Below, piece after piece: positions 34,406-43,419 of a stretch of 64,000 nt of DNA (its first letter is position 1; each line of letters starts with the position of its first letter). The DNA comes from Vulcanimicrobiota bacterium (lineage in GTDB: Bacteria > Vulcanimicrobiota > Vulcanimicrobiia > Vulcanimicrobiales > Vulcanimicrobiaceae): assembly GCA_963703305.1 (NCBI GenBank), contig OY969808.1:2903422-2967421 (forward strand), given 5' to 3'. The notes beneath the pieces are model-generated. The model was not told where the DNA came from. It was given only the letters and a program-made list of their open reading frames with translations, and searched no databases. A program made the translations under genes and the position numbers.

Positions 34406-36019
34406 TTAGATTGCTCGGATTGTGGCCATCATGCCGGCGTCTTCGTGGTCGAGGATGTGGCAGTGGAAGACGAAGAGACCTTTGATGATGGGGTCGCGGA
34501 AGTCGACGATCACTTGGAGATGTCCGGGCGTCCACGAGCCGTTCTTGCCGGGAATGCGGTGCGGGACGACGACGCTGTCGGCCCAGTGCGGGTGCGCGAC
34601 GCCGACGCCGTTGATGGATTGCACGAAGAAGTGCACTTGATGCATGTGGAAGTCGTGGACCTCCTCGGTGATGTTCACGACTTGCCACTCTTCGATCGTT
34701 CCGGTGCGAACGGTGAACAGCGGCGGCGCCGACGGGTTGTACGGCGAGCCGTTGATGTACATCGCATTTGCATCCTCGTTCAGGACCACGGTACGAAACG
34801 CTGCAGACGGCGGGAACGATGACGACAGCGGATTGACGGGAAGCGGGGTGCCGACGCGCAGATGCGGCAGCCTCGCGATTCCGGCGCGATGCGAAGCGCC
34901 GGGGCCGGGCTTGAGGGTGGCGAGCAGCGTATCCGGGTCCGGGTCACCGGTCGGTCCGGAGTTGTAGCATTTCGTGTGGAACGCCGTCGGCGAGCCGGTG
35001 CCGGTTACCACGAACTCGGCACGCGCGGCCGGCGGCAGCACGAAGTCGGGAACGATCTGCGTTGCAGCAGTACCGGGATACGCGTCGAGCGCGACGCCGT
35101 CGATCGCCACCAGCTCGAGGGAGGCGCCGTCGACCGCTAAGTCCATGTTCTTATGGCCCGTCGCGTTGACGACGCGAAAAAATTGCGATTCGCCGGCGGC
35201 GATTCTGATGCTCGGGCTCACCACGCCGTTGACGGTCACCGTGAGCCCAGGGTCCGGTCCGCACGGGTTGGTGTTACTATCGACGTCGTTGGGACGCATC
35301 ACCGGCATCGCGTCGCTTTCGCCGCCCATCGACATGTGCATCGGCGCGCCGTCGTTGTGGCGCAGCGAGAGCGCCTCCGGCGCGGACGATGCGACGTCGC
35401 GAACGATCATCAGGCGCTCTTTCATCGTCGCGAGCGCGGGAAGATGCTTCTGGAGACCGTTTACGACGATGGCACCGGACATGCCGCCCAAACCAACTTG
35501 ATAATCGGTTTGCCCGTGAACGTGCGGATGGTACCAGTAGAGCCCCGGTTCGGCGTTCTTCGGCAGCTTCACGACATAATGCAGCGAACCGCCCGGCATC
35601 GCCAGCGTCGTTATCACGTCGTCGGATGGTGCTTCGGGCGAAACCTCGAGGCCGTGAAAGTGCAGGTTCATGTCGCTGGCCATACCGCCGGCCGCCGGCA
35701 GCGCATTGTGCACGTCGACGATAATCGTGTCTCCCGGGTTCACGCGGATCGTCGGAGCGACGCCCTTTTGCCCGTCGTACAGAAACGCCGGCAGCGCGGT
35801 CGCCGGATCGATGATGGTGCTGAGTACGACCGTTGCGACGCGATGCACGGAGTCGACCTCAGGCGGCTCGGGCAGCGGAGCGCCCGGCCCGAGCGCGCCT
35901 TGACGCGCGAGCTCGGCGACGGTCGGCAGAAGGTTCTGCGTTGGCGGCGTGCCGCCCGAACCTCCGCACGCGTTGAGTGCGAGCGAGCCGATCAGAATGG
36001 TCCAAAGCCGTTTCGTCAT
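34406..36019 (-). CDS. three-domain multicopper oxidase (laccase/CueO-like), lipoprotein
   Basis: 537 aa. Lipobox LALNAC. Copper-binding motifs HFHGLE, WYHPHVHG, HDFHMHQVHF, HCHILDHEDAGMM. Confidence 0.9.
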   Translation of the reverse strand: MTKRLWTILIGSLALNACGGSGGTPPTQNLLPTVAELARQGALGPGAPLPEPPEVDSVHRVATVVLSTIIDPATALPAFLYDGQKGVAPTIRVNPGDTIIVDVHNALPAAGGMASDMNLHFHGLEVSPEAPSDDVITTLAMPGGSLHYVVKLPKNAEPGLYWYHPHVHGQTDYQVGLGGMSGAIVVNGLQKHLPALATMKERLMIVRDVASSAPEALSLRHNDGAPMHMSMGGESDAMPVMRPNDVDSNTNPCGPDPGLTVTVNGVVSPSIRIAAGESQFFRVVNATGHKNMDLAVDGASLELVAIDGVALDAYPGTAATQIVPDFVLPPAARAEFVVTGTGSPTAFHTKCYNSGPTGDPDPDTLLATLKPGPGASHRAGIARLPHLRVGTPLPVNPLSSSFPPSAAFRTVVLNEDANAMYINGSPYNPSAPPLFTVRTGTIEEWQVVNITEEVHDFHMHQVHFFVQSINGVGVAHPHWADSVVVPHRIPGKNGSWTPGHLQVIVDFRDPIIKGLFVFHCHILDHEDAGMMATIRAI

Positions 36020-36032
36020 GTCGTTACGTCTC

Positions 36033-37154
36033 TTAGTAAGCGAAGAGCAGGCCGAGCGCGAGCTGGTATTGCTTTGCGGAATAGGTGCCTTCGAACGTCA
36101 GGCGCGCGCGATCGACCGGACGAATCACGAGGTCGAGCGTATCCTGATACGTGCGCAGGTTGAATGGGTCGTAGACGTTGTCGTAGCGGCCGTAGAGCGC
36201 GATACCGCTGTTGAACTGCCACCCGGCCTGCACGAATCCGCCCGACGACAACGCACCGTTGCCGAACCCGTAGGCGCTCGAATCGTTGCCGGTTTGAATG
36301 ATTCCGACCGAGCTGAACTTCCCTTTTTCGTAGCCCAAGCCATACGCTTGCCGGTAAAAATTATCGACGACCGGCGAGAAGTTCTGCTGGCCCTGATAGC
36401 GATAGACGTACGCGGTGACGTCGTTGCCGATCGTCTTCGACGCCGTCGCCATGAAGTCCAAACCCGAGATGGGAATACCGCTCCCGCGCGTGTAGGCTTC
36501 GAGCGTGTCGAAGTGCGCTTCGAAGCCGTGCCGGTCGTCGGTGTACGAGAGATCCGAACCGATCTCCGGATTGAAGAAGTTGAACGCGTTGCTCGCAACG
36601 ACTTGGCTGTACAGCAAATAGCCGGAGAGCGTCGGCCGCTGCGTTTCCGGATCCACCGGCAGCGGCAGCGTGAACTGGCCGAACTTGGCGTGGAACGTGG
36701 GGCCGATCGGGTCGTCGGCGCGAGCGTACTTGTCGAAGTTCACCCACATGTCGCGCGGCTGCCCCGGGAGGCCATCGTCGACGATGTACTGCTCCAAATA
36801 GTACGAGGTATTGCGGCCGATCGAACCGGCCGAGAGCACTTCGATTTCGTCGACCAGCAGCTTCGGCAGCGGCTGGGGGGCGCCGCCGGGTTCGTCCGTG
36901 TCGCCGGCACCCGAGCTGTTATAGGTGATTTCCGTCTTCACGGCGATCGGCAGCGTCCCGCGAGCCCCGCCCGGGAGCCGGAAGCCGTGCCTCAGGAAGT
37001 ATTTTCCGAAGGCGTTGAGGTTCGGGACGGTCGTGTGGCACTGCTGGCACGAGAAGCCGTACCGGTGCGCAAAAATCGGCAAAGCAGAGGCCCGAGCACT
37101 CAGAGCGGCGGCCAGGGAAACCGAAATTATGAGTGTGAGGCTCCAAGTGCGCAA
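36033..37154 (-). CDS. Cyc2-like fused monoheme cytochrome c / outer-membrane beta-barrel porin
   Basis: 373 aa. Signal peptide. A single CQQCH heme motif right after the cleavage region (..FAHRYGFSCQQCHTTVPNLNAFGKYF..). Alternating-hydrophobicity beta-strand body. The C-terminus ..LLFAY is typical of outer-membrane barrels. 13 nt upstream of the MCO gene. Confidence 0.6.
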   Translation of the reverse strand: MRTWSLTLIISVSLAAALSARASALPIFAHRYGFSCQQCHTTVPNLNAFGKYFLRHGFRLPGGARGTLPIAVKTEITYNSSGAGDTDEPGGAPQPLPKLLVDEIEVLSAGSIGRNTSYYLEQYIVDDGLPGQPRDMWVNFDKYARADDPIGPTFHAKFGQFTLPLPVDPETQRPTLSGYLLYSQVVASNAFNFFNPEIGSDLSYTDDRHGFEAHFDTLEAYTRGSGIPISGLDFMATASKTIGNDVTAYVYRYQGQQNFSPVVDNFYRQAYGLGYEKGKFSSVGIIQTGNDSSAYGFGNGALSSGGFVQAGWQFNSGIALYGRYDNVYDPFNLRTYQDTLDLVIRPVDRARLTFEGTYSAKQYQLALGLLFAY

Positions 37155-37343
37155 AGGACCCCCTAAAACGAAAGTTAGGAGCGCCTAATATCTCATTTAG
37201 GCGACCTTTACGCACCGACTTCTCTCGCAGGTCAACTTTCTGAAAGCGTGAATGAATCGCGCTTCAGCACCCTCGGTTTGTTCGGCTCGGGACCTGGGAA
37301 TTGATAAAACACTGATGGTTTATAATCCGCGGGAAGCCTTCGG

Positions 37344-37757
37344 GTGAGAGCCTCCCACGAGCGCGTCTTGTCGCTCGGCGCCCGCGATAGCGGACTGCCG
37401 CCTAAAGGCACGCCCAAGAATTACTTGATGGCGTGGCTGCTCGTAATGCTCGCCGAACATAATTTGCACGGTTACGAAATCACCAAGGAACTCAACGAGA
37501 AGTTCGACCTGACGACCGACGCCGGAACCGTCTACCGCGCGCTGCGCCAGCTGGAGCGCGACGGATACATCTCGTCCTGGTGGGATCCGAAAGAACAGGG
37601 GCCGGCTCGCCGCTTCTACGCCCTCACGGATGCCGGAGATGCGGCACTGCGGTTGTGGAGCGAAGTGCTCAACCAATACCGCGCCAACCTCGAGACGTTT
37701 TTCGCACTGTACGACGCCCGGGGTGAGACCGCGTCGGTGAGGCAGCGCGGCGCCTGA
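37344..37757 (+). CDS. PadR family transcriptional regulator
   Basis: 137 aa. ..WLLVMLAEHNLHGYEITKELNEKF..GTVYRALRQLERDGYISSWWD..RRFYALTDAG.. is the PadR winged helix. Confidence 0.85.
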   Translation: MRASHERVLSLGARDSGLPPKGTPKNYLMAWLLVMLAEHNLHGYEITKELNEKFDLTTDAGTVYRALRQLERDGYISSWWDPKEQGPARRFYALTDAGDAALRLWSEVLNQYRANLETFFALYDARGETASVRQRGA

Positions 37758-38548
37758 ACTCCATCCTCTTTCTGGGCAGCGGCGGCGCCCGCTTCGTCGT
37801 CGCACGCCAGTTGCGCGCCTCCGGCGGGATGTGGATGCGCTTCGGCGAGACCCGCATTCACGTCGATCCCGGGCCCGGAGCCTTGGTTCGCGCGCTGTCG
37901 CACGTCCCGCCGTGCAACCCGCGCGAACTCGACGCGATCGTCTTGTCGCACAAGCATCTCGACCATTCCGGCGATGTCAACGTACTGATCGAGGCGATGA
38001 CGGCCGGCGGTTTCCGTCCGCGCGGCGCCGTGTTCGCGCCGGCCGACGCGTTCGACGGCGAGCCGGTCGTGCTGCCGTACGCGCAACAATTCCCCGAGCG
38101 GGTCGAACGTCTGGAGCAAAGCTCGGGCCCTTACCGCATCGGTGATGTCGAACTGCGCACGTCGATCGCGCACGTGCACGCCTCGCAAACGTACGGCCTG
38201 CATTTCGCGCACGACGGGCTGCGCGTTGCGTATCTTCCATGCGGACGTTTTTTCGAGGGCTTGATCGCCGACTATGCAAGCTATAGACCGGACGTTCTCG
38301 TGATTAACGTGCTGCGCTATCGCGACGAGATGAGCGTCGACCATTTAAAATGGGACGACGCCAGGCGCATCGTCGAAGGCGTTCGTCCGAAAGTCGCGGT
38401 CTTTCAGCACTTCGGAACGAAGATGCTCGAGGCCGATCCAAAGCGGCTCGCGCAAGAAGTCGAAGACGAGCTCGGCCTTCGGGCAATCGCCGCCTACGAT
38501 GGGCTCGACCTCGATCTCGACACCGAGGTCGCGGCGGTTGCCGGTTGA
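37754..38548 (+). CDS. MBL-fold metallo-hydrolase (probable non-canonical CTG start)
   Basis: Track ORF 37811..38548 (TTG) lacks the conserved first strand. The in-frame upstream sequence reads LNSILFLGSGGARFVVARQL.., with a stop only 9 codons further up and no ATG/GTG/TTG. CTG at 37754 overlaps the PadR TGA (CTGA). HxHxDH motif SHKHLDHSGD. Confidence 0.7.
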   Translation: MNSILFLGSGGARFVVARQLRASGGMWMRFGETRIHVDPGPGALVRALSHVPPCNPRELDAIVLSHKHLDHSGDVNVLIEAMTAGGFRPRGAVFAPADAFDGEPVVLPYAQQFPERVERLEQSSGPYRIGDVELRTSIAHVHASQTYGLHFAHDGLRVAYLPCGRFFEGLIADYASYRPDVLVINVLRYRDEMSVDHLKWDDARRIVEGVRPKVAVFQHFGTKMLEADPKRLAQEVEDELGLRAIAAYDGLDLDLDTEVAAVAG

Positions 38549-38963
38549 GATCGGGCGCGCCGCACCGGGATCGGTCGACGCGTTCTTCAAGAAAAACGAA
38601 CGCGAAGCGCTGAAGTCGCTCTACGAGTTTTCGGTGATCTGGCACGAGCAGACGTGCGATTTCAGCGCGACCGAAGACGGCGAACCGGTCGGTGCCGCAA
38701 CGATCCGAATCGCTGCGTCGCTCGCGCACGTCGAGCGAGTCGTCGTGGTTCCGGAGCGCCGCCGCGCGGGAATCGGACGCGGAATGCTCGATGCTGCCGC
38801 CGACGTCGCGAACTACTACAACTGCCACAAGATGACGGCGCTCGTGCCGCACGCGAGCGCGGCGCAGCAGTTTCTCGAAGCGTGCGGCTACAAAGAAGAA
38901 GCCGTGCTGCCGCAGCACACGTTCAAACTCGACGTCGCCGTCATGCGAAAGTTCCTGCTGTAA
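38538..38963 (+). CDS. GNAT family N-acetyltransferase
   Basis: ORF 38499..38963, with a likely TTG start at 38538 near the MBL stop. ..VERVVVVPERRRAGIGRGMLDAA.. is the acetyl-CoA binding motif. Confidence 0.7.
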   Translation: MPVEIGRAAPGSVDAFFKKNEREALKSLYEFSVIWHEQTCDFSATEDGEPVGAATIRIAASLAHVERVVVVPERRRAGIGRGMLDAAADVANYYNCHKMTALVPHASAAQQFLEACGYKEEAVLPQHTFKLDVAVMRKFLL

Positions 38964-38980
38964 AGCGCCGATAAGAGAAC

Positions 38981-39991
38981 ATGCGCCCATACGACACGGC
39001 GGATTCGCGGCAGATCTGGACCGAAGCCGTCACCGCGATTCCAACATCGGACGTCGACCCGCAATCGCCACCGCGCTTCACCATCGACCGCGCGACGAAG
39101 ATTGCTTCGGCGGGAAGCTGTTTCGCCCAGCGCATCGCGCAGGAGCTGTCCGGCCGCGGCTTTACCTACGTTCAGACCGAGCCGAACTGCGACTTCTCCG
39201 CTCGCTATGGGAACATTTACACGACTCGGCAACTTGCTCAGCTCCTCGAGCGGGCAACCGGCGCATTTACACCGTCCGACGATGTATGGACGAATTCGCA
39301 GGGTCTCTACATCGATCCGTTCCGGGCGCGCGCCGTGCCCGAAGGTTTTGCGTCGGTCGAAGCTTTGCGTGCCGATCGCCGGCAGCACCTCGAGGCCGTT
39401 ATTCGCACCATCGAAACTGCCGAGGTCTTCATATTTACACTTGGGCTGACCGAAACGTGGCTTAGCGCGATCGATGGTGCCGCATACTCGGCGCCGCCGG
39501 GATACGGATCCGGACAATACGATTCGCAGAAGCACCTCTTTCACAATAGCGACGTTGCAGAGAACGTCGCCCACTTAGAGCGTTTTCTCGAGCTGGCGCA
39601 TCGGATCAATCCGGATCTCCGCGTTTTGCTTTCGGTTTCGCCCGTTCCGCTCGCGCTCACGTACGAACGTGCAAACGTCCTTAGTGCGACGACGTACTCG
39701 AAGTCGGTTCTGCGAGTCGCGGCCGAAGGTATTCGCCGGCGCTACCCGCAGGTCGACTACGTTGCATCGTACGAGATCGTTACGAACACCGGGAACGGGT
39801 CTGCATATTTTAGCGACGACCGGCGAAACGTGAGCGACGTGGCGGTCGCGCACGTGATGCAGTCGTTCTTTAGAAACTTTGCGCCGGAACCGCTCGAATT
39901 GATCCTTGACCGCCCGGCGGTCGCGCCCCATGAGGATCCCTGCGACGAGGAACACGTGCTTCGTTCCGTACTCGCCGATCGAGCGCGATGA
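38981..39991 (+). CDS. GSCFA family protein
   Basis: 336 aa. Literal GSCFA motif (..KIASAGSCFAQRIAQEL..) and ..FIFTLGLTETW.. Confidence 0.8.
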   Translation: MRPYDTADSRQIWTEAVTAIPTSDVDPQSPPRFTIDRATKIASAGSCFAQRIAQELSGRGFTYVQTEPNCDFSARYGNIYTTRQLAQLLERATGAFTPSDDVWTNSQGLYIDPFRARAVPEGFASVEALRADRRQHLEAVIRTIETAEVFIFTLGLTETWLSAIDGAAYSAPPGYGSGQYDSQKHLFHNSDVAENVAHLERFLELAHRINPDLRVLLSVSPVPLALTYERANVLSATTYSKSVLRVAAEGIRRRYPQVDYVASYEIVTNTGNGSAYFSDDRRNVSDVAVAHVMQSFFRNFAPEPLELILDRPAVAPHEDPCDEEHVLRSVLADRAR

Positions 39992-40764
39992 ACGTTGTCC
40001 CCGAAGTCACGACGGTGAACGTCGTCGGCGACAGCCACGCCGAGGTGACGTTCCGAAACGTTCTGCTCGAACGCGACGGCGAGATGATCAATACCGAGAC
40101 GGTCTACATCGAGTCGATCGAGGCCGCGAAGTTTTACGAGAACGGCGAAGTTATCCGGCCCATTCTGACCTCGCTGACCGTACAACGCATTCTGCTCGCA
40201 GAGCGCATCAAGGGAGATAACGGCGACGTCAGCTTTCACCTTCGGGCACATCCGTTGAGTGCCGGCCGGCCAACGCTTTTTAGCGTTGGCGACAACGATT
40301 TGCGCGGCATCCTGCTGGCGCAGATCGCGTCCTACGACTATCGGATCCCGTGGAGATCCGAGAGCGAACAGCCCCCTCCGGTGCCATCCCTCAAACCAGC
40401 CCCTTTCGAACAAATCGACGGCTTCGTTCAGAAGCTTTTGACGCCATACATGACCGGTTTGGGGTATCTGAGATCGCTTGGGCTCAATCGGTTAGCGGTT
40501 CTAAGCATCGCTCCCCCGACGCTTGACGACGACGAGTACGAGCGTTTCAACGGATACCGGACGCATCTGCACACGCGCTACAAAGCAGCGCTGCTGATGA
40601 ACGATACCCTGCGAAAACTAGCAGCCCAGAACGGCTTCACCTTCATCGATATCTGGGGCGCGGTAACCGAGAACGGTTATCTGAATCCTCGCTACTACCT
40701 CGACGGCACGCACCTCAATAGGCAAGCCGCCGCCGTCGCGATTGAAGCGCTGCTGGCGCGTTAG
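39988..40764 (+). CDS. SGNH/GDSL-like hydrolase-fold protein (tentative)
   Basis: 258 aa. ATGA overlap with the GSCFA gene. N-terminal ..VVGDSHA.. and C-terminal ..YLDGTHLN.. resemble SGNH blocks I and V. Confidence 0.5.
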   Translation: MNVVPEVTTVNVVGDSHAEVTFRNVLLERDGEMINTETVYIESIEAAKFYENGEVIRPILTSLTVQRILLAERIKGDNGDVSFHLRAHPLSAGRPTLFSVGDNDLRGILLAQIASYDYRIPWRSESEQPPPVPSLKPAPFEQIDGFVQKLLTPYMTGLGYLRSLGLNRLAVLSIAPPTLDDDEYERFNGYRTHLHTRYKAALLMNDTLRKLAAQNGFTFIDIWGAVTENGYLNPRYYLDGTHLNRQAAAVAIEALLAR

Positions 40765-41978
40765 TAGGGCGGGTGCTTGTGGGTCGGCGTCGGTTGCGGA
40801 TAGGGACGCAGTTTGCGCGGCGGAAGCGGACGCGGATATGCCTGCACCGGATGCGGATATGCCTGAACCGGGTAGTGTCCCTGGGCGGACGCGCCCGGAT
40901 ATCCGGTGGCGCGTTGCTGCACGCGCGGCGCAGCCATCGCGGGCCGTTGGGCGGCAGCGGCGGGCGCCGTACCGCCGATCGAAGGTTCGAGATTCTGCTG
41001 CACCATGGGGTGTGCGGCCATCGAGCCGTTGTACAGGTAAACCGAGCCGTTCTGCGATGAGGTCGTGACGACCGGGCCGCCGCCGCGCACGCGCGCCTCG
41101 GTGTCGCTGTCGCCGCCGGTTACCTGCGTCCCATCGCTATAGTTCGAAACGATGTGGCCGCTGCCGGAGTGCGCGCCGATCTGGACGCCGTTCCCCTGAT
41201 TTTGCACGCCGATCGCGACGTTGCCGTACTGCGACTCGAATCGCGCCAAGCCCGGCTGGAACTGTCCGTTGTCGTACACGATCGAACCGTAGGTGCTGCT
41301 CGCCTCGATTTGATGCGCGACGCAGTTGCGGAACACCATGTTGCCGGTACCGGTGCGGGCGCGCAAGCGCGCGAACGACGAATCGTCGACGGTGACCGGC
41401 CCGCGCAGCGACTGCGCGAAACCCGTTCCACCGACGTGTTGCAAGGAGATCGCGCCGCCGCGCGAGTGCGCGACGAAGACGCCGTTGTAGTTTTGGATGG
41501 TGATGCCGCCGGCGCGCACGTGCGCGAAGACGAACGCCGTTCCGCGCGGAATCGTAATCGTCGTGTCGCCCTGTCCGCGAACGAAGATCGCGTCGTGCGG
41601 TCCGGGGGGCAGATGCGGCAGCACGAAGTTCTCGGGCACGAGCGCGATCGTGCCTTGCATGGTCTGTGCGGTTTGCGCGTCGATCCGGATTTCGGGCGGA
41701 TACTGTGCGCCCGGGTCGTTCGGCCCGAGATGCTGCACGTCGACGATGCCGGTGCTCGAAACGGTGACCTGCGGGTTGTCCGACGTCGCGATCGTCACTT
41801 TGCCGGTGCTCAACATCACGCGCACGATCGGCGACGGGCCGACCGAGTACGACTCGTCGGCGCGTGCGACGCCTGCGAGGAAGAAAAAACACAGTGAGAC
41901 GAAGAGCGCCGATACCGCCCCTCGCCCCCGAATTCCGATCACCCATCCATTGTAGCCGGGGGCCCACGACCGCATCAT
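40761..41978 (-). CDS. DUF4097-type beta-repeat protein with Pro/Tyr-rich C-terminal tail
   Basis: 405 aa. ATGA overlap with the kinase stop. N-terminal hydrophobic anchor. Repeated ..G.I.I../..G.V.V.. beta-solenoid-like strands. Tail with PVQAYP x2. Confidence 0.65.
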   Translation of the reverse strand: MMRSWAPGYNGWVIGIRGRGAVSALFVSLCFFFLAGVARADESYSVGPSPIVRVMLSTGKVTIATSDNPQVTVSSTGIVDVQHLGPNDPGAQYPPEIRIDAQTAQTMQGTIALVPENFVLPHLPPGPHDAIFVRGQGDTTITIPRGTAFVFAHVRAGGITIQNYNGVFVAHSRGGAISLQHVGGTGFAQSLRGPVTVDDSSFARLRARTGTGNMVFRNCVAHQIEASSTYGSIVYDNGQFQPGLARFESQYGNVAIGVQNQGNGVQIGAHSGSGHIVSNYSDGTQVTGGDSDTEARVRGGGPVVTTSSQNGSVYLYNGSMAAHPMVQQNLEPSIGGTAPAAAAQRPAMAAPRVQQRATGYPGASAQGHYPVQAYPHPVQAYPRPLPPRKLRPYPQPTPTHKHPPY

Positions 41979-43399
41979 GAGATATCGGTGAGCGGAAGAT
42001 TCATGCGAGGTAAAACGACGCGGAACAAGGCCCCGCCTGCTTGCGAGCGCCCGGCCGTTACCTCGCCCTCGTGAACGCGAGCAATCGAGCGCACGATCGC
42101 TAGTCCTAAGCCGGTACCCGGAACCCCCTCGCTGCGCGAACGGGCCTGATCGGTGCGGTAGAAGCGGTCGAAGACGTGAGGCAGCTCCTCCTCGGGGATC
42201 CCGGGGCCGCTGTCGCTTACCTCGACCCAGGCCGAGTTTTCGCCCTGGCCCACGCGCACGTCGACCGACCCGGTTTCGGTGAACTTGATGGCGTTGTCGA
42301 CGAGGTTGCCGATGAGCTGCCGCAGCAGGCTGGGATCGCCGAACACGACCGGCATCGCCTCGTGCTCGAAGGTAAGCTCCAGCTGTTTATCCGCAGCGCG
42401 CTGCGCCGAGCCGCGCACGGCTTCGCTCGCCATTTGGGCCAGCGAGACGGGTTCTTTGGGGACGTCGTCGCCGCGATCGGCCTTGGCCAGCGTGAGCATG
42501 CCGTTGACCATCGCCGCCAGCGACGCGCTCTCCGCGGCGATCGTCTCCAGGCTTTCGTGCCGGATGACGGGCTCTCGATCGCCCCAGCGCAGGAGCATTT
42601 GCGCGTTCGCGTTGATCGACGTGAGCGGCGTCTTTAGCTCGTGCGATGCGTCGGAGATAAAGCGGCGTTCGCGGGCGAACGCCTCTTCGAGACGCGCGAG
42701 CAGATCGTTGAAGCTCTCGGCGAGCCGTCCGATCTCGTCGTTGCGCGGCGGCCGTTTCAGACGCAGGCTCAGGCGGTCGAATCCGATCTCGCGCATCGCA
42801 TTCGACAGGTCGTTGATCGGCGTGGTCGCCTGTGCGGCGAGCAAAATCGACAGCAGGATGACCGCGATCGCAGCCGCCGCGAGCGTTAGGAGAATGACGC
42901 GCCGCGCTTGCGCGAACACCTGATAGAGCGCGTCGAGCGGCTGCGCGACGTGCACGACGGCGGCGCTGTTGCCTTCGCTGATGAAGCGGTCCTCCACCAA
43001 ATACGGCGTCCCGGCGATGCTTACGTTGCGGAACGCCGTATCGGACTTCGCGCTCAAGTCCGTGTTCGGCGGGATCGTGTTGCCGCCGAGGTTGTCGGTC
43101 TTGGCGAGCGGGTAGCCGCTCGACGAATCGACCTGGATGAACGTGCTGGGCGATTCCCACTGCGCCAGGTTCGTGCTGTTGAAGAAGAACTGAAGCGCGC
43201 CGCCGGTCGAATCCGAGAACGTATAGGGGTTCGAGTGCTGCGAGGCGACCACGATATCGCTCATCGTCGCGTTGACGTTGGCCTTGGCCGAATCGTAGAG
43301 GATCGACTGAAAGCGCCACGCGATGATGGCGCTCGTTACCACGAGCGCTGCGACGAGCAGCACCGCGTAGACGAGCGCGATCCGCCACTTGAGCGTCAG
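41975..43399 (-). CDS. sensor histidine kinase (TM-sensor-TM-HAMP-HisKA-HATPase_c)
   Basis: H-box ..FISDASHELKTPLTSI.., N-box ..LIGNLVDNAIKFT.., G-boxes ..DSGPGIP.. and ..GTGLGLAIV.. Start uncertain: CTG at 43399 (MTLKWRIALVY..) or GTG at 43363. The track start at 43555 would overlap the RR gene by 136 nt with an Arg-rich, junk-like N-terminus. Confidence 0.85.
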   Translation of the reverse strand: MTLKWRIALVYAVLLVAALVVTSAIIAWRFQSILYDSAKANVNATMSDIVVASQHSNPYTFSDSTGGALQFFFNSTNLAQWESPSTFIQVDSSSGYPLAKTDNLGGNTIPPNTDLSAKSDTAFRNVSIAGTPYLVEDRFISEGNSAAVVHVAQPLDALYQVFAQARRVILLTLAAAAIAVILLSILLAAQATTPINDLSNAMREIGFDRLSLRLKRPPRNDEIGRLAESFNDLLARLEEAFARERRFISDASHELKTPLTSINANAQMLLRWGDREPVIRHESLETIAAESASLAAMVNGMLTLAKADRGDDVPKEPVSLAQMASEAVRGSAQRAADKQLELTFEHEAMPVVFGDPSLLRQLIGNLVDNAIKFTETGSVDVRVGQGENSAWVEVSDSGPGIPEEELPHVFDRFYRTDQARSRSEGVPGTGLGLAIVRSIARVHEGEVTAGRSQAGGALFRVVLPRMNLPLTDIS

Positions 43400-43419
43400 A
43401 GCGAGTACCTGTAGTCTTT

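Noticed and set aside
34097-34822. Several ORFs (34097..34822, 34136..34399, 34183..34389, 34188..34409) with repetitive PNPAAPFVSQTLQRPSF-type translations
   Set aside because: They are the different reading frames of the 26-bp tandem repeat, whose period is not divisible by 3, and of the antisense of the multicopper oxidase gene. They are not coding.
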